A DNA stretch of 64,000 bases, taken from contig WGBD01000004.1 of NCBI GenBank assembly GCA_015494465.1, positions 4,627 to 68,626 on the forward strand. Reading direction: 5' to 3'. Below, in pieces: positions 8,102-16,437 of this stretch. The notes under the pieces are model-generated. The model did no database searches, had not been told where the DNA came from, and was given only the letters and a program-made list of their open reading frames with translations. Each line of letters starts with the position of its first letter. The first letter of the stretch is position 1. The position numbers were made by a program, and so were the translations under genes. Source of the stretch: Candidatus Omnitrophota bacterium. Lineage in GTDB: Bacteria > Omnitrophota > Gorgyraeia > S143-82.

Positions 8102-8936
8102 GGAGGATCTATACGGGGCCACTATAACCCAGTGGTTAGCAATAGATAAGCTCATCTACAAGGGTAAGAGCAAGTATCAGAAGATCTTGCTCTTCGAGAA
8201 CAAGTCCCTTGGTAGGGTGCTGGCCTTGGACGGGATAGTGCAGACCACCGAGAAGGACGAGTTTATATATCACGAGATGATCGTCCATGTGCCTATGATG
8301 TCCCATCCCAATCCCAGGCGGGTTTTGATAGTAGGCGGAGGTGACGGCGGAGCAGCTGAAGAGGTCCTCAAGTACGGATCCGTGGAGCGGGTGGTCATGG
8401 TGGACATAGACGGAGAGGTGGTTGAGCTGGCCAAGAAGTACTTGCGGAAGATATGCAAACGGGCCTTTGAGGATAAACGCCTGGAGTTGATCATAGACGA
8501 CGGCGTAAAATACGTGGCCAATACCGACGAGAAATTCGACGTGGTTATCGTGGATTCGCCCGATCCCATAGGCCCGGGTAAGGTCCTCTTTACCAAGCGA
8601 TTCTATCAGTCTATCTACCGAGTTCTGGATAAGGTCGGGGTCATGAGCAGGCAGGCGGGTTCTACTTTCTTTCAGGGCAACGAACTGCCTCAGGCGGTCA
8701 GGCTCCTTCGCCAGGTCTTCCCGTTGAACGATGTCTACCTAACCGCAGTCCCTACTTACATCGGTGGGTTGTTCTCCTTTGTCTTGAGCGGAAAGGGTCT
8801 GAAGGCCTGGCCTTCGCTGAAGGTTTTGGAGAAGAGGTTTGCCCAAGCGGGGATAAAGACCGATTACTATACGCCCGAGGTGCACAAGGCAAGCTTCGTC
8901 TTGCCGGTCTATGTGGCCAGGGCAATCGCTAAGTAG
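8088..8936 (+). CDS. speE: Polyamine aminopropyltransferase (spermidine synthase)
   Basis: LALDGIVQTTEKDEFIYHEM, GGGDGG, DSPDP, VPTY. Confidence 0.95.
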   Translation: MKWFKEDLYGATITQWLAIDKLIYKGKSKYQKILLFENKSLGRVLALDGIVQTTEKDEFIYHEMIVHVPMMSHPNPRRVLIVGGGDGGAAEEVLKYGSVERVVMVDIDGEVVELAKKYLRKICKRAFEDKRLELIIDDGVKYVANTDEKFDVVIVDSPDPIGPGKVLFTKRFYQSIYRVLDKVGVMSRQAGSTFFQGNELPQAVRLLRQVFPLNDVYLTAVPTYIGGLFSFVLSGKGLKAWPSLKVLEKRFAQAGIKTDYYTPEVHKASFVLPVYVARAIAK

Positions 8937-8947
8937 GTGAGAGGGAT

Positions 8948-9322
8948 ATGGGCAAGTATCTCAAGAAGGGCGATTACGGTATGGAGCTGGTCCTGGATCT
9001 CTACGATTGCGATCCGGAGGCCATCCGTTCGCGTAAGAAATTGAAGGAATTCGTGGACAGGCTCTGCGAGCTCTTGAAGATGAAGAAGTACGGCAGGTGT
9101 TTTCTTCCCTACTTCGGTCTTAACGCAGATCACACACCGGGTTATTCCCTTTTGCAGTTCATAGAGACCAGTTCTATAACTGGGCACTTTGCGGAGAAGA
9201 CCAACTCTGCTTATCTCAACATATTCTCTTGTAAGGAGTTTGATCCGATCAAGGCGACCAAGTTTTGCAAGGAATTCTTCTCTGCTCGACGAGTAAAAAA
9301 GAGGTTATACATAAGGAAGTGA
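8948..9322 (+). CDS. Divergent SpeD-fold pyruvoyl decarboxylase homolog
   Basis: YGMELVLDLYDC, GYSLLQFIETSSITGHF (no ESH), NIFSCKEFD. Confidence 0.8.
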   Translation: MGKYLKKGDYGMELVLDLYDCDPEAIRSRKKLKEFVDRLCELLKMKKYGRCFLPYFGLNADHTPGYSLLQFIETSSITGHFAEKTNSAYLNIFSCKEFDPIKATKFCKEFFSARRVKKRLYIRK

Positions 9323-9326
9323 AGTT

Positions 9327-9791
9327 ATGTATCAGCTATTGTTGGGCGTGTACATATTGGTCTGTTTCCTGTTAGTGACGGTCATCCTGATGCAGTCGGG
9401 ACGAGGAGGTGGATTGGTAGAGTCCTTTTCCGCGGCCGAGACCATATTCGGTGGTAAGACCAACATCTACATGGTCAGGATCACGATGATACTGGGGGCG
9501 CTGTTCCTGGCGCTTGCCTTGGGGCTTAACTACTTCGTGGTCCAGAGGAGCAAGTCGGTTATGGAACGCCTTTTCTCCCGTCCCGCTAGGACTGCCCCGG
9601 TGGTACCGGCAGAAAAGGTGGAACGACGAACCGAAGAAAAGGCTGGTCCTGAGACGGAGAAGGCGGTTTCGAAAGGGGCTGGCAATCCCTCGGTGAATAG
9701 CCCTTCATCTAATCCGCAATCCCAGTCTTCCGCCCAGAAAGAGGGTGGAGATGCCCCGCAGGCGGTTCCAGTTAAGGCCTCTGCTAACTAA
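9327..9791 (+). CDS. secG: Preprotein translocase subunit SecG with a low-complexity C-terminal tail
   Basis: Two TM helices flanking LMQSGRGGGL...FGG. Confidence 0.9.
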   Translation: MYQLLLGVYILVCFLLVTVILMQSGRGGGLVESFSAAETIFGGKTNIYMVRITMILGALFLALALGLNYFVVQRSKSVMERLFSRPARTAPVVPAEKVERRTEEKAGPETEKAVSKGAGNPSVNSPSSNPQSQSSAQKEGGDAPQAVPVKASAN

Positions 9792-11460
9792 GGCCCTGTT
9801 TGTCCTGGTCGGCCTTGGGGTTTGTCTTTTTCTGTTATATCTGTTGAGCCCGCAATCTATTCCCCGAAGGAGAGTATCACTCGCCCACACGATCGTTTTG
9901 AGATTAGCCTCGGATCCCAGGAGCTTCAACCCCATCTTGGCCCAGGAGACCTCCACCACCTCGGTTACCTCGCTCATGTTCGTTGGGCTGGTGCGTATTG
10001 ATCCCTTCACTCAGCAACCGGTTCCAGAATTGGCAGATTCTTGGCAGGTATACGAAGGGGGGAAGCGCTGGGTCTTTACCCTTAAAGAGGACCTGCGGTG
10101 GTCCGATGGGGTCCCGCTGACCGCATACGATGTGGAATTCACCTTTAACTGTCTTATCTACAATCCTGCCATACCTAATAGTGCCAAGGATGTGCTCCAG
10201 GTGGCAGGAGAGCCTTTCGAGGTGAGGGCCCTTAACGATCGGCAAGTGGAATTCCGGCTCAAGGATGTATTTGCCCCGTTTCTGAGGGCCATGACCCAAG
10301 AGATACTGCCAAGGCATGCACTAGAAGAGTTCGTGCGAGGTGGCACATTCAACTCCTCTTGGTCCCTGGGCACCGATCCTCGGGAGATAGTGGTGAACGG
10401 CCCGTTTAGGCTCAAGAGATTCGTCCCGGGCCAGAGGGTGGAGCTGGAGAGGAATCCTTTTTACTATCGCAAGGGTCTGCCCCGCCTGGAGCGAATTATC
10501 ATGCTGATAATCCACAGTGACGACACGGCCTTGATGAAGTTCATAGAGGGAGAGCTGGATCTGGTCGACCTCAGGGCTGGTGATTACCGGCTCCTCCGCA
10601 GGTTGGATCTCCCAGGGGTGAAGATGTACGATCTGGGGCCATCTTTAGGATCCAATTTCTTGGCGTTCAACATGAACCCCAACTCCCCTCTCGAGAGGTA
10701 CAAACTCGGGTGGTTTAGGCAGAGGAAGTTTCGCCAGGCAATAGCGCATTGTTTGGATCGCAAGGGTATAATAGAGACGATATATCAAGGTCTGGCCAGA
10801 CCCCAATGGGGGCCGATGAATCCCAGCAATGGGTTCTTCTACAATCCGGATCTCTGCAAGTACGATTTCGATCTGGCAAAGGCCAAGCAGTTGCTCGGGG
10901 AATTAGGATTCGCTGATCGAGATGGCGACGGCACGCTGGAGGACGAGCAGGGGCACGATCTGGAGATCAGTTTGATAACCAATGCCAATTCCAGCGAGCG
11001 GATGGAGGTAGGATCAATGCTGGTGGCGGACCTGGAGAGGGTGGGGATCAGGTGCCACTTCTTGGGGATAGACTTCAACAACCTCGTCGTGCGGTTGACG
11101 AGCTCTTACGATTGGGAGACGGTCTTGATAGGTCTAACCGGTGGAATGGAGCCCCACTTCAGCAGGAATGTGTGGCACTCCAGCGGGAGCCTGCACCTGT
11201 GGTGGCCAAATCAAAAGGTCCCATTTTTCCCCTGGGAGAAGGAGATAGACGAGATCTTCGAGAGGGGGGTGCGGATATTAGGCGATTCTCAGAGGAAACC
11301 GCTCTACGATCGTTGGCAGAGGATCATATCCTGTGAGGTGCCGGTGATCTACACGGTTGCCCCGTTGAGGTTGTCCGCGATGCGGGACAGGTTTGTGGGG
11401 GTTAAGCCTTCTCCGTACGGGGGGCTATTGCACAACATCGACGAGATAGATACTAAGTGA
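9751..11460 (+). CDS. ABC transporter substrate-binding protein, family 5 (peptide/nickel)
   Basis: N-terminal TM anchor, DPRSFNP, LRWSDGVPLTAYDV, NGPF, FRQAIAH; start uncertain and overlaps the secG tail. Confidence 0.88.
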   Translation: MPRRRFQLRPLLTKALFVLVGLGVCLFLLYLLSPQSIPRRRVSLAHTIVLRLASDPRSFNPILAQETSTTSVTSLMFVGLVRIDPFTQQPVPELADSWQVYEGGKRWVFTLKEDLRWSDGVPLTAYDVEFTFNCLIYNPAIPNSAKDVLQVAGEPFEVRALNDRQVEFRLKDVFAPFLRAMTQEILPRHALEEFVRGGTFNSSWSLGTDPREIVVNGPFRLKRFVPGQRVELERNPFYYRKGLPRLERIIMLIIHSDDTALMKFIEGELDLVDLRAGDYRLLRRLDLPGVKMYDLGPSLGSNFLAFNMNPNSPLERYKLGWFRQRKFRQAIAHCLDRKGIIETIYQGLARPQWGPMNPSNGFFYNPDLCKYDFDLAKAKQLLGELGFADRDGDGTLEDEQGHDLEISLITNANSSERMEVGSMLVADLERVGIRCHFLGIDFNNLVVRLTSSYDWETVLIGLTGGMEPHFSRNVWHSSGSLHLWWPNQKVPFFPWEKEIDEIFERGVRILGDSQRKPLYDRWQRIISCEVPVIYTVAPLRLSAMRDRFVGVKPSPYGGLLHNIDEIDTK

Positions 11461-11473
11461 AGGAGGTGTAGCC

Positions 11474-11932
11474 ATGTCGGGTATCCAGGATGTCTTGGCC
11501 AAGTTTCCTTTGGGTGTGTACATCGTAGGCAGTGCCCACGGGGACAGGATCAACGGCATGACCGCTGCCTGGGTCAGCCAGGTCTCCTTTTCCCCCAAGA
11601 TGGTGGCGGTCGCAATAGCTCCCGAGCGTTACACATTCGATCTGGTGAGGAAGTCAGGTAAGTTCTCGCTTTCACTCTTGGGGGAAGACCAACTGGAGCT
11701 GGCAAAGAGGTTTGGTTTCTACTCGGGGAGAGAGGAGAATAAGTTCTCAGGGGTGGATTACCACCTGATCGATGGCCTGCCGGTTCTCGACGACTGCGTT
11801 GCCTGGGTGAGCTGTGAGGTGGAAGGTAGCTGTGAGGCAGGGGATCACGTGCTGTTCCTGGGTAGGGTGGTTAAGGCGAAGTTGGTAGACGATAGGCCTG
11901 TCCTGCTTTTCCGGTGGGAAGATTACTTCTGA
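11474..11932 (+). CDS. Flavin reductase family protein
   Basis: NGMTAAWVSQVSFSP and AGDHVLFLGRV. Confidence 0.9.
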   Translation: MSGIQDVLAKFPLGVYIVGSAHGDRINGMTAAWVSQVSFSPKMVAVAIAPERYTFDLVRKSGKFSLSLLGEDQLELAKRFGFYSGREENKFSGVDYHLIDGLPVLDDCVAWVSCEVEGSCEAGDHVLFLGRVVKAKLVDDRPVLLFRWEDYF

Positions 11933-11941
11933 GTTTATCGC

Positions 11942-14900
11942 CTAGAGCTCGATCCCGCCAGATTTGACGGGCGCAGATCCTCGGGTCGGAGGACTATCCT
12001 GGGGAGGACCTGCAATAGCCTTTACCAGGGCCTGCATCCTTCCTATGACCCTCAAGGGGAGCCCCTGTATCCTCACGATCAGCTTTCTGGCCTTATCCGG
12101 CGGATGCCTCAGTAAACTGACCTGGAGGAGCTGGAAGTACCACTTTATGGGTGTGACGTAGTGGTTGGCGATGTATTCGGGTATCCGGTTGATTCCTCCA
12201 CAGCCCCCGTCTACGATCACGATAGGCGTCAGCTTGGTCGGTAGGGGACGGGGCCGGGCTGGATTGAAGAGGGCACATACATAGGCCTCAAGGAAGAGGA
12301 GGTCGTTTGGCGGTATGAAGTTGGCTAGGTTCATTCTCTTCTTCATCCTTTTCCAAACGACATCCCATGGCTCTTTGGCTTTCCATCCCCGGGCTATCTC
12401 CTCACTCAAGACCAGGGCGAGAAGGTTGTTTTGCTGGCCGTATCCGGTTTGGGCAACTCCGACGAACTGGGGCAGGATCGAGTAGGATCCTGCCCCGCCG
12501 AAGTGCCTGCCCGAGAAGGAATGGTGGCGGGTGAATATCAGCTGATGTCTTCCCGAGTTTAGTATCTCTTCAAACCTCCTTTTCGCTCCTTGGAGGTGCT
12601 TTGGGAGGGTGATTATCTCGATTTCTAGGCTCACCCCGTCGAGGTCTTTGCGCCAGATGTGGGGCCGGGGATTCTCATATCCCGCCCTGGCGAGGAGGCG
12701 TTCTAATTCTGGGCCGTAGGCTGTGGCGTCGCGGAAAAAGAGGATCGCGCTACGGATCTTTGGGGTTTTGGGGTAAGGTGGAGTGGAGGCGAACTGGCGG
12801 ATACTATTCACCAGCCTGAGATCGATATCATTCTTTTCCCAGCTATCCCCCAGCTCTTCCTGAAAGGCTACCGCAATCATCTGCTTCACTGCTGGATGGA
12901 CCTTTGGATTTTGGAGGATAGCCCTTAACCCTCCCAATATCGTGTCTCTGTGGGTGGGAGATCTATCCGCCATCTCCTTCAGCATTCGGATCAGATAGGC
13001 CTGATTTAGTGCCCGGTAGCCATAGTTTTTGGGCGTGAGCCTCCAGCGGAGGTAATTGAGGGCCCGCTTGCTAACCCACGAGAGCCACCTTTGGGGATAG
13101 AGCTGGTCCTGGGCCTTGAGGAACGAAAAGACCTCTCGCTCGCGCTTGGCAAAGGCTATGGTGAGCTCGTAGGCGAGCATGCCCTTTGGATCCAGTCTCT
13201 TCAGGGCCAGTAGGATCGAACGATCGTAGTGGGCCAGTCGCCTTGACCACTCTTCCCGGAGTAGGAGATAGGTTGCGGTGTACAGGCCATACTCCCCCAA
13301 GGCCAGGGAGATGTATACGAGCTGATCGGGTAGCATGTTGAGGTACCGCCTTGCCTTCTTGCGCCATCCGGAGCGCTCAAAGTCGTCGTGGATCCGGTTG
13401 AGGTGTCGGACCACCTCGGTGGCAAGGCGGGAAAGAAAGGGATAACTTCTTCGATCCTGCATAGACCTAGCCAACTGCCTCCAGGCGAGCTTTCGGATCC
13501 TTTCTGGGAAGAGCGGTGGGGAAAGGGCGATCGCCCGCAGTAAGGCCCTGACGCTGGTGCTCGCGGGAGGTGAATCTTGGGCAAGGCAGGTGCTTGCAAA
13601 GCGGTACAAGGGCCCCTTTGGGGTCTTCGTCGAGGAGGCGTATTTGAGTATAAATGACCTTTGCAGGCTCTCGTCGAGGAGGCGTATCGCCCCGGATTCC
13701 AGCAGACGGGAGGCAGTCGCTGGGTCTTCGTGGGCAAAGGGGCGGATGTATCTTCGAGCGAATCCCTTAACTCCCTCGCGTATTCTCCTCCGTTGAGTGA
13801 TGTCCAAGCGATTGGTAAGGTAGGCCTGTAGAAGCTGGCGTTGTTTTTCAGAGGGAAGTGTCAGGAAGCTGGAGGCAGAATCCCAGGCCCCCTGGGATAG
13901 GGAGATATGGGGTATGAGGGGTATGGACAGGGAAAGCCCCATCCAGAGCAAGAACCTCCTCCGGGAGAGATTCTTGGGCGTCATTGCGACCCTATCTTTG
14001 CATAGGATGGGAAGTAATGTCCGTCTCAAGCTCGGAGGTGCAGTTGTCCATATCCAGCCAGCTAGATAGAGGTGGTGTTCGGTGATGGGATGGTTGTTCT
14101 TTATCAGCTTGGAGAGGATGTAGATGTAGTTCTCCTCTGGGGATCGGACTTCGAGGGGTTGGGAAGAAGCGATGGAACCGTCTCTGTGTCGCTCGAGAAG
14201 TTCCCCTAGGGCCTCCTCTACCAGGTCTGGTTTGGGAGGTGTGGGAGGATAGAGGCGGGCGGATAGGAGCTCGTGTAGGAGGTTGTACTCGCCAGCTAGG
14301 GCCTTGAGTAGGAGCTCGCTAGCGGTCAGAGCTCCTGCCTCGGATAGAGGGGTATTCAGGGAGACCTCGTAGGCCTGGGGGAAGCGGTCTACTGGAATGA
14401 GTTTGATCTCTACATCGTTGGGAAGCAGTATTCCCCCTACTAACCCTGACCGGTCGTAGTCTCGCAGGTAGGCCTTTATGACCTCTACTAACCGCGTGGG
14501 TTGGCTAGGCCTTTGATCCTGCGGAGATGGGGAGAACATCTTGCCGAGGTAGTAGCTCGCCAGGACCGTCCGCAATCCCCTGAAGTCGGGAGCGGAATTG
14601 ACCGCCTTTTCCACTTCTGCCCGCGCCCGCTCCAAGGCCTGGGAGATCGATCCGGAAGAAAGGTCCGTCTCGAGTCGTAGGGCCAGGTGTATTCGTATTA
14701 TTGAGATCCCGTTCCCTCCCTTGCCGATCTCGAGGGCCTTTGGCCGTATCCACAGCCGTATAGAGGCGGGTTGGTTAGGGATGGAGTCGAGATGGGAGTT
14801 TAATCTCTTCCTGAAGACTCTCTTTAATCTCAGATCCTCTTCGATGAGGTACATGCCCGTCAAACTCCCTTTCAGATTGGGGGAGAGACAGTTCTCTATA

Positions 14901-15124
14901 GGGGAAAAGGCCTGGAGGTTGACGAAGTCGGTTCGTTTTCTCGCCCCTAGCCAGAAGGCCTCCTTTATCAGTGCTATCTCCTCGGGGCCGTACTGGGTTG
15001 GGAGGAGGAGCTGAAGGCCGACACCCGATCTTCTTGATCCCACCAAGAACCGGTCTCGGGCAGGGGCCGAGCCCACGCATAAAAACATAATTAATAAACA
15101 TGTTAAAAACATTTTATCAATCAT
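11942..15124 (-). CDS. Large hypothetical secreted protein (1060 aa)
   Basis: Long ORF with no competing long ORF; N-terminal signal peptide; internal SRRRFL plus hydrophobic segment; C-terminal GGIEL. Confidence 0.8.
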   Translation of the reverse strand: MIDKMFLTCLLIMFLCVGSAPARDRFLVGSRRSGVGLQLLLPTQYGPEEIALIKEAFWLGARKRTDFVNLQAFSPIENCLSPNLKGSLTGMYLIEEDLRLKRVFRKRLNSHLDSIPNQPASIRLWIRPKALEIGKGGNGISIIRIHLALRLETDLSSGSISQALERARAEVEKAVNSAPDFRGLRTVLASYYLGKMFSPSPQDQRPSQPTRLVEVIKAYLRDYDRSGLVGGILLPNDVEIKLIPVDRFPQAYEVSLNTPLSEAGALTASELLLKALAGEYNLLHELLSARLYPPTPPKPDLVEEALGELLERHRDGSIASSQPLEVRSPEENYIYILSKLIKNNHPITEHHLYLAGWIWTTAPPSLRRTLLPILCKDRVAMTPKNLSRRRFLLWMGLSLSIPLIPHISLSQGAWDSASSFLTLPSEKQRQLLQAYLTNRLDITQRRRIREGVKGFARRYIRPFAHEDPATASRLLESGAIRLLDESLQRSFILKYASSTKTPKGPLYRFASTCLAQDSPPASTSVRALLRAIALSPPLFPERIRKLAWRQLARSMQDRRSYPFLSRLATEVVRHLNRIHDDFERSGWRKKARRYLNMLPDQLVYISLALGEYGLYTATYLLLREEWSRRLAHYDRSILLALKRLDPKGMLAYELTIAFAKREREVFSFLKAQDQLYPQRWLSWVSKRALNYLRWRLTPKNYGYRALNQAYLIRMLKEMADRSPTHRDTILGGLRAILQNPKVHPAVKQMIAVAFQEELGDSWEKNDIDLRLVNSIRQFASTPPYPKTPKIRSAILFFRDATAYGPELERLLARAGYENPRPHIWRKDLDGVSLEIEIITLPKHLQGAKRRFEEILNSGRHQLIFTRHHSFSGRHFGGAGSYSILPQFVGVAQTGYGQQNNLLALVLSEEIARGWKAKEPWDVVWKRMKKRMNLANFIPPNDLLFLEAYVCALFNPARPRPLPTKLTPIVIVDGGCGGINRIPEYIANHYVTPIKWYFQLLQVSLLRHPPDKARKLIVRIQGLPLRVIGRMQALVKAIAGPPQDSPPTRGSAPVKSGGIEL

Positions 15125-15147
15125 AACCCATTATAGTACAACGGGGG

Positions 15148-15176
15148 TTGATAGGAGGGCAACATTAAAATATAAT
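15148..15176 (+). promoter_or_regulatory. sigma70-type promoter for tRNA-Arg
   Basis: TTGATA-N17-TATAAT. Confidence 0.75.
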
Positions 15177-15192
15177 ACAAGAGCTACAGGCT

Positions 15193-15266
15193 GTCCCCGT
15201 AGCTCAGTTGGACAGAGCAGCGGCCTTCTAAGCCGCGTGTCGGGGGTTCGAATCCCTCCGGGGACG
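15193..15266 (+). tRNA. tRNA-Arg(TCT), CCA not encoded
   Basis: GTCCCCG/CGGGGAC acceptor stem, GCGGC-CTTCTAA-GCCGC anticodon arm, GGTTCGAATCC T arm. Confidence 0.96.
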
Positions 15267-15291
15267 GTGTTTTTTGTTTATTGGGGGTGTT

Positions 15292-16293
15292 GTGAGGGCT
15301 GTGATCCGGTTTTTGTTGGGTGTAATCTTGTTCCTGGGTCTCCAGCTGTTGGTGCTGGAGCTTTTTGGCGGACCACTGCTTAGCCTCCTTCTCCAGCGCA
15401 TGTACGGGCTGGATGTAAAGATCGGGAGGGTGAGCCTGCTTTCGGGTATGAAGGTCTTCTCTTTGGACTACAGGGGTTCTGGGGTTAGCCTCCATCTGGA
15501 CGAGCTCCAGCTGTTGCCGTTGCTGTCGTCTTTTGGGATGAAGTTGGTCGCGGTTCGGGGGGGCAGGATCGAGGTGAAGTTGGATAAGGGCGACAGGCAG
15601 GGGACTGGATTTAATCCCGTGGTACTTGCCCTCGTACCGTTGAGACTGCCGGTGGAGAAGTTGTCTGCTATCGACCTACGGATAGCCTTGGAGCGGGATG
15701 GGGATGACTCCTCAATCGAGTTGGAGAAGCTGTTGGTTTATAGGCCAGATCTCAAGAGGGAATACTACGACTTTCACCTGAACGGGAGACTCTTCCGGGG
15801 TGGAGTGTATGGGAGTGTGGAGTTTAGTGGTTGGCTGGATTGGGAGAAGAAGAATGCCCTGTTCGTGTTGAAGGGGGATCACATCCCCCTCGGCTTCTTC
15901 CGTTCGTTCCTGGAGGTGCCTGAGGTGGAGGGCCTGCTTTCTCTACGCATAGAAGGTGAGGCGGAGGACAATGTCTTGGTCTTGAAGAATTGGTTTGGGA
16001 TAAAGGGGTTGGATGTCGTGGGATCCACTGCCCTGGGGAACCTTCCCGTTGTCTCTGGGATATTGAGTCCTTTGGCTGGACTCGGGGAGGAGCTGGAGCT
16101 GGAGTTTAAGGTGACCACCCGCTTGGACAATCCCCAGATCGACTTCAAAAAGGAGATCCTCTCGGCGTTGAGCAGGTATAGACGAGGGCAGGGCGGTGCG
16201 GGAGAGGGGGATTCCAAGGCTAAGGTGAGCGGAGAGATTTATGATATAATTAATGACCTGGTCGGGATCGTTGGTTCGGTATTGGGTGATTGA
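15292..16293 (+). CDS. Membrane-anchored hypothetical protein, possibly AsmA/DUF748-like
   Basis: N-terminal TM helix followed by amphipathic beta-rich sequence; start uncertain (15274-15301). Confidence 0.6.
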   Translation: MRAVIRFLLGVILFLGLQLLVLELFGGPLLSLLLQRMYGLDVKIGRVSLLSGMKVFSLDYRGSGVSLHLDELQLLPLLSSFGMKLVAVRGGRIEVKLDKGDRQGTGFNPVVLALVPLRLPVEKLSAIDLRIALERDGDDSSIELEKLLVYRPDLKREYYDFHLNGRLFRGGVYGSVEFSGWLDWEKKNALFVLKGDHIPLGFFRSFLEVPEVEGLLSLRIEGEAEDNVLVLKNWFGIKGLDVVGSTALGNLPVVSGILSPLAGLGEELELEFKVTTRLDNPQIDFKKEILSALSRYRRGQGGAGEGDSKAKVSGEIYDIINDLVGIVGSVLGD

Positions 16294-16308
16294 GTCGAGA
16301 TTTGTCAT

Positions 16309-16386
16309 GGTGGGCGTAGCTCAGCTGGTCAGAGCGTCTGACTGTGGCTCAGAAGGTCGGGGGTTCGAGTCCCCTCGCCCACCCCA
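16309..16386 (+). tRNA. tRNA-His(GTG) with encoded G-1 and CCA
   Basis: G-GTGGGCG/CGCCCAC-C-CCA; TCTGA-CTGTGGC-TCAGA anticodon arm; GGTTCGAGTCC. Confidence 0.96.
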
Positions 16387-16437
16387 TTTTGTCTTCTGCC
16401 ATCTCGAAAAGGTTCGAGTCTGGTTCGGGAAGGAGAT

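Noticed and set aside
16411-16420. GGTTCGAGTC after tRNA-His as an att-site duplication
   Set aside because: The match is only 10 bp, there is no integrase or island, and it is explained by a local hairpin.
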